From Eledone cirrhosa (taxonomy: Eukaryota): DNA of 64,000 nt. The stretch is from NCBI GenBank assembly GCA_964016885.1, contig OZ024740.1, positions 439,766,001-439,830,000 on the forward strand, in the 5' to 3' direction. This document shows positions 60,510-64,000 of this stretch, in pieces. Position 1 is the first letter of the stretch, and each line of letters opens with the position of its first letter. The translations under genes were made by a program, and so were the position numbers. Below the pieces are notes generated by a model. The model ran no database searches. It saw only the letters and a list, made by a program, of their open reading frames with translations, and had not been told where the DNA came from.

Positions 60510-60640
60510 AGATCAGTTCTGATCAAGTAAACCTATTATCAAACAGTTCCAGCCGTGACAATCTCATCTTATTTTCATTAAATATATCCTGAACTACAAT
60601 ATCCTCCTCCATTTTAAAGAGGATAATATGGCTCCAGAAA
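60510..60640 (+). mobile_element. Degenerate interspersed repeat family B, directly after the 16-bp array
   Basis: ctgatcaagtaaacctattatcaaacagttccagccgtgacaatctcatcttatt...gaactacaatatcc; similar to 55,650-55,715 and to the reverse complement of 59,729-59,746. Confidence 0.5.
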
Positions 60641-61104
60641 TATTGGATAATTTGGGTATTCTTCAAATTAGGGGGAGAAACTCGGCGTAGAGACCTTCTT
60701 GATGTGATAAAACAATTTACAGTTGTATGAGTTATTGTTGTTATATAAGGTCAGTGAGTATATTGTAGTTTGATCATACACTGTATACATCAATTTGTAT
60801 GGCTTTATCTTATATGAGTAAATATAGATGATCCCATGCTGTTTATTGCCAACTGTCCAATATGTTCCTCTACACCAGTTGTTGTTGTAAGCCCGAAGCC
60901 GATCTTAAGACGGCCCTGAACATGTAGGTTTATGTTCAAAGGTATTCAAGCTTTAAATCACCTGTTTTTTATTTACTACCCACATCCTGCGAGCCACATG
61001 TCCTTATTTACTGTTTTTCGGTTCTTTTGTTTTTAATATGATCAATTCCCTTTTAAGCTTTTACTCCACTCGCTTCGTGGCATTGCTTTGTGAAGATCAC
61101 CAAG

Positions 61105-61259
61105 ACATCTGGACAAACAAATGGCGGCACATCTGGACAAACAAACGCCGGTAAATCTGGAAAAACAAACGCTGGTACATCTGGCCAAACAAACGCCGGT
61201 ACATCTGGCCAAACAAACGCCGGTACATCTAGACAAACAAATTTCGGCACATCTGGACG
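61105..61259. repeat. 24-bp minisatellite (acatctggccaaacaaacgccggt), ~6.5 copies
   Basis: Clear 24-bp periodicity; accounts for the overlapping ORFs at 61,042-61,358. Confidence 0.93.
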
Positions 61260-61411
61260 TGTCGACTCCACTATATGCAGGAAACCTAGGAATGTATGCA
61301 CACATGAGTCTATGTAGGTAGATAAATAAGTACAGCCTACGTGAATGCATCTATACACAGACGTATCCGTGAGATGTGAAGGAAAATTGACACTGATATC
61401 ATCTCAGAGAG

Positions 61412-61632
61412 AAGTGGATTGGCAGAATTGGTGGAGCACCGGATACAATATTATTACGGTATGTGTTCTGATTCTTTACATTCTGAGTTCAAATCGTGCC
61501 AAGGTCAACTATGACTTTCAGTTTTCTGCGGTCAATATAATAAAGTACCAGTCATGTACTAGGGTTGATTTCATCAACTTTGACCGTCCACCAAAATTTG
61601 CTGGCCTTGTACTTAGGTTAGAAATCAATATT
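61412..61632 (+). mobile_element. tRNA-derived SINE family A copy (more diverged)
   Basis: TGGCAGAATTGG A box, GAGTTCAAATC B box, ataaagtaccagt core, aaaatttgctggccttgt 3' region. Confidence 0.8.
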
Positions 61633-61733
61633 GTAGAAAAGTTATCCTATGTTTGTTCAAAATGAGAACAAATATTTCTATTGACAACAATGTTACACTC
61701 AGCCATTCTTGACTTTATCATTACCTCTTCATA

Positions 61734-61950
61734 AGTGGTGGATTGGCAGTATCGCTAGAGAGTCGGACGCCATGCTTTGCAGCAAAGAGTTACGGCCCTT
61801 TATGATCTGTGTTCAAATCCCGCCGAGGTTAACTTTGCCTTTCATCTTTATGGGGTCGATAAAATAAAGTACCAGTCACGCACTGGGGTCGATTTAATAG
61901 ACTTTCCCCTCCCCCATATTACTGGCTTTGTGCCTATATAAGAAACCATT
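61734..61950 (+). mobile_element. tRNA-derived SINE family A copy (first of tandem pair)
   Basis: TGGCAGTATCGCTAGAG, GTTCAAATCCCGCCGAGG, full core and 3' region. Confidence 0.9.
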
Positions 61951-61964
61951 ATTACCTCTTCATA

Positions 61965-62152
61965 GGGCGGTGAATTGGCAGTATCGGTAGAGGGTTGGAA
62001 GCCATGCTTTCTAGCATAGTTACGTCCCTTTACGGTCTGAGTTCAAATCCCGTCGAGGTTAACTTTGCTTTTCATCATTATGGGGTCGATAAAATAAAGT
62101 ACCAGTAATGTACTGGGTAATTGCTGGCCTTGTGCCAAAAGTAGAAACAAAT
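61965..62152 (+). mobile_element. tRNA-derived SINE family A copy (second of tandem pair, internal 3' deletion)
   Basis: TGGCAGTATCGGTAGAG, GAGTTCAAATCC and core; lacks the ~30-bp segment gtcgatttaatagactttcccctccccc present in its neighbour. Confidence 0.9.
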
Positions 62153-62356
62153 ATTACTTCTTCATAGAAAAGCTATACAAACATCCAACGACATAACTAT
62201 TTACTTGTTAATACAATGGCAGTTATCTTTATTATATTTTCACAATCAACACAACAATATACATCAATATAACTCTTCATCACAGTCTATTTTAATATAG
62301 CTGTATATACCAATGGTGTCTTGCGAGAGAAACCATCCAATTATATATTAGTATGT

Positions 62357-62524
62357 ATAGTTACGTCCCTTTACATTCTGAGTTCAGATCCCGTCGAGGT
62401 TAACTTTGCCCTTCATCCTTACGGGATCGATAAAATAGACTACCAGTAACGTACTGGGGTCATTTAATCGGTTTTACTCCCACCCAACAAAAAAATTGTT
62501 GGCCTTGTGTCTAAATCATAAACC
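62357..62524 (+). mobile_element. 5'-truncated SINE family A copy
   Basis: Starts at atagttacgtccctttac; B box gagttcagatcc, core, and 3' region aaattgttggccttgtgtctaaa. Confidence 0.85.
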
Positions 62525-62536
62525 AACTAGAGGTTT

Positions 62537-62832
62537 GTTTTTACTTAAATCCCATAAGTCCTTATGGAGTCGTAGAGGTACCGTCATACAGAGTGTCTAG
62601 GGCACTTTTAAACCTGGCGGAGCCCAACCCTCTCCAGGTCTGAACACAGCCGATGTTTCTATAGAAAAAGAATCGACCCCACTACTGCACTGGTACCTTT
62701 TCTATCAACCTCGAAAGGATGAAAGGCAAAGTTGACCTCGGCGGGATTTGAACTGAGAGCGGGCAATGAGGTGGGACGAATACCGTAAAGCATTCTATCT
62801 GACGTCTTAACGACACTGCCAATTCGCCGCCT
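62537..62832 (-). mobile_element. SINE with family A head and core but a different 3' tail, flanked by a 12-bp TSD
   Basis: Reverse complement reads ggcggcgaattggcagtgtcgttaag..cagttcaaatcccgccgaggtcaactttgcctttcatcctttcgagg..ggggtcgatt, then ~130 bp of unrelated tail ending aagtaaaaac. TSD aactagaggttt (62,525-62,536) / aactagaagttt (62,833-62,844). Confidence 0.85.
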
Positions 62833-63069
62833 AACTAGAAGTTTAAAATCTTGTAATTAACGGTAACAGACGGCTAGAGATCCCTAATTTTAATAGTTAA
62901 CTCACTCGCCAGACATCCGAGAGATGAGGGGTTCAATTTCTCACAGGCCTCTGCGACAGCAGTTGTCCGTTTACAGAGGTATTTTACTCAATATATAAGA
63001 ATCATTTATACTCATTTACTTTGGGATGACCACATTTGAAATGTTGAATTTTCCCAATGTTTAAGTTGC

Positions 63070-63096
63070 ATATATATATATATATATATATATATA
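63070..63096. repeat. (AT)n microsatellite, ~13 units
   Basis: Perfect dinucleotide run. Confidence 0.97.
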
Positions 63097-63300
63097 GTAT
63101 TAGTTATACTATTTATGGTTATGTAAACACAAAACCTTAAGCAGTTGTAAGTATTTTACACACACCCTAAATAGTGGTAGGCAGTAATGTATTACTACCT
63201 TATTACCAGTAAGTTAAGTAGCTCAATGTAAAAACATCAGATGATTTACAGAGCAGTTATATGAAATATAAGAATCAAAGAACTGTTCAAAACATTATTG

Positions 63301-63347
63301 TGCTTACAGCTGTTTCCTCCAAACCGAGGTTTGGATTCTTCGGAGCA
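63301..63347 (-). ncRNA. Minimal type I hammerhead ribozyme-like motif (Penelope type), probably decayed
   Basis: Minus strand reads UGCU-CCGAAGA-A-UCCAAACC-UC-GGUUUGGA-G-GAAA-CAGCUG-UA-AGCA: stem I, CUGANGA box with one change, stem II hairpin, GAAA, palindromic stem III and GUA cleavage triplet. Confidence 0.55.
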
Positions 63348-63402
63348 ATTTATTAATGCATGGACAGTTATATGACCTCCTTTTCAGCCGAGAGACATAC
63401 CA

Positions 63403-63438
63403 ATACATATTCAAACATTGATACATATTCAAACATTG
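63403..63438. repeat. 18-bp perfect direct duplication
   Basis: atacatattcaaacattg x2. Confidence 0.9.
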
Positions 63439-64000
63439 TGGGTCAACATTCATTACAGAATTTAGAGTGGCAGTACACACTTCGAGATTACAATTATATT
63501 AATAGGTACAATCAAAAATCAAAGATATAGGTTAAAGTACAACATGAAGATAAGTGGTTATATAGTGCAAATGTTATATGTGTGGCACGCATGTGCGTCT
63601 TGTTTATATAGTGTGGCAGAGAGATATGTGTGGTAGAGGCACTTAGGTAGGTAAATAAGAGTGTTAGGTTGGTAGATCTGGTGGCAAAGTCTTTATATGA
63701 TTGATATAGTCTGTGTGTGGAGAAATATTATAAGCATTAAAGATAGTGCAAGCATTAAAAGTGTTATAAGTATTGGAGATGCACAGCGCAGGGATGTCAA
63801 GTAATTCATGTACTTCGGCATTTTCATGGTCAAGGGAGTGTATATTTCGATTATATGCCTTTCACATAATCCACGACAATCCAGTTAGAGATCGTAGTCT
63901 GGTGTTCTTTAGTTCGATACAGGAGGTTGTTACGTTTCGAGAAACGCCATTGAATACCGGAAGTGTGTGTGTGGCTAAGGGGAGTTAATGCATGCGGGGA

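Larger units (their letters stand above)
63290..64000 (-). mobile_element. Probable decayed Penelope-like retroelement 3' end (GIY-YIG remnant plus pseudo-LTR with hammerhead)
   Basis: Frameshifted minus-strand peptides VFNGVSRN, NLLYRTKEHQ (~63,899-63,929) and HSLDHENAEV (63,811-63,840) recall PLE GIY-YIG motifs (YIG..R.L..R..EH; H..DW.N..I). The hammerhead motif lies downstream on the same strand. Confidence 0.4.

Noticed and set aside
55319-62832. tRNA genes at the GTTCAAATCC B boxes
   Set aside because: No evident cloverleaf; each head runs into a shared non-tRNA body, and some copies have TSDs, so they are SINEs.
53901-63988. Short 60-108 aa ORFs in the flank
   Set aside because: No recognisable domains; they overlap SINEs, minisatellites or low-complexity AT-rich DNA.

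Overview
Non-coding eukaryotic (animal) DNA; no credible protein-coding gene. About 84% of the window (1 to ~53,900, open at the left edge) is one tandem array of a 21-bp monomer, consensus CAGTACTATACCAACCTCCCC, roughly 2,560 units. It is built from a few interchangeable monomer variants, punctuated by poly-C nodes and organised into nested multi-kb duplications (offsets 11,453, 6,640, ~4.8 kb, 4,595, ~3.5 kb, ~1.9 kb, 1,346 and 483 bp); it decays towards its right edge. The long P/Y/Q-rich and G/W/Y-rich ORFs are by-products of a 21-bp unit that lacks stops in 5 of 6 frames. The remaining ~10 kb is AT-rich flank with seven copies of a tRNA-derived SINE, a second SINE-like element with an internal GT microsatellite, degenerate copies of a third interspersed repeat, and several minisatellites (56, 26/27, 25, 16/17 and 24 bp). 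At the right end is a probable decayed Penelope-like element with a minimal hammerhead-ribozyme motif. The interspersed repeats resemble ones I recall from octopod cephalopod genomes (recall only, not searched). Coordinates were read by eye and boundaries are approximate.
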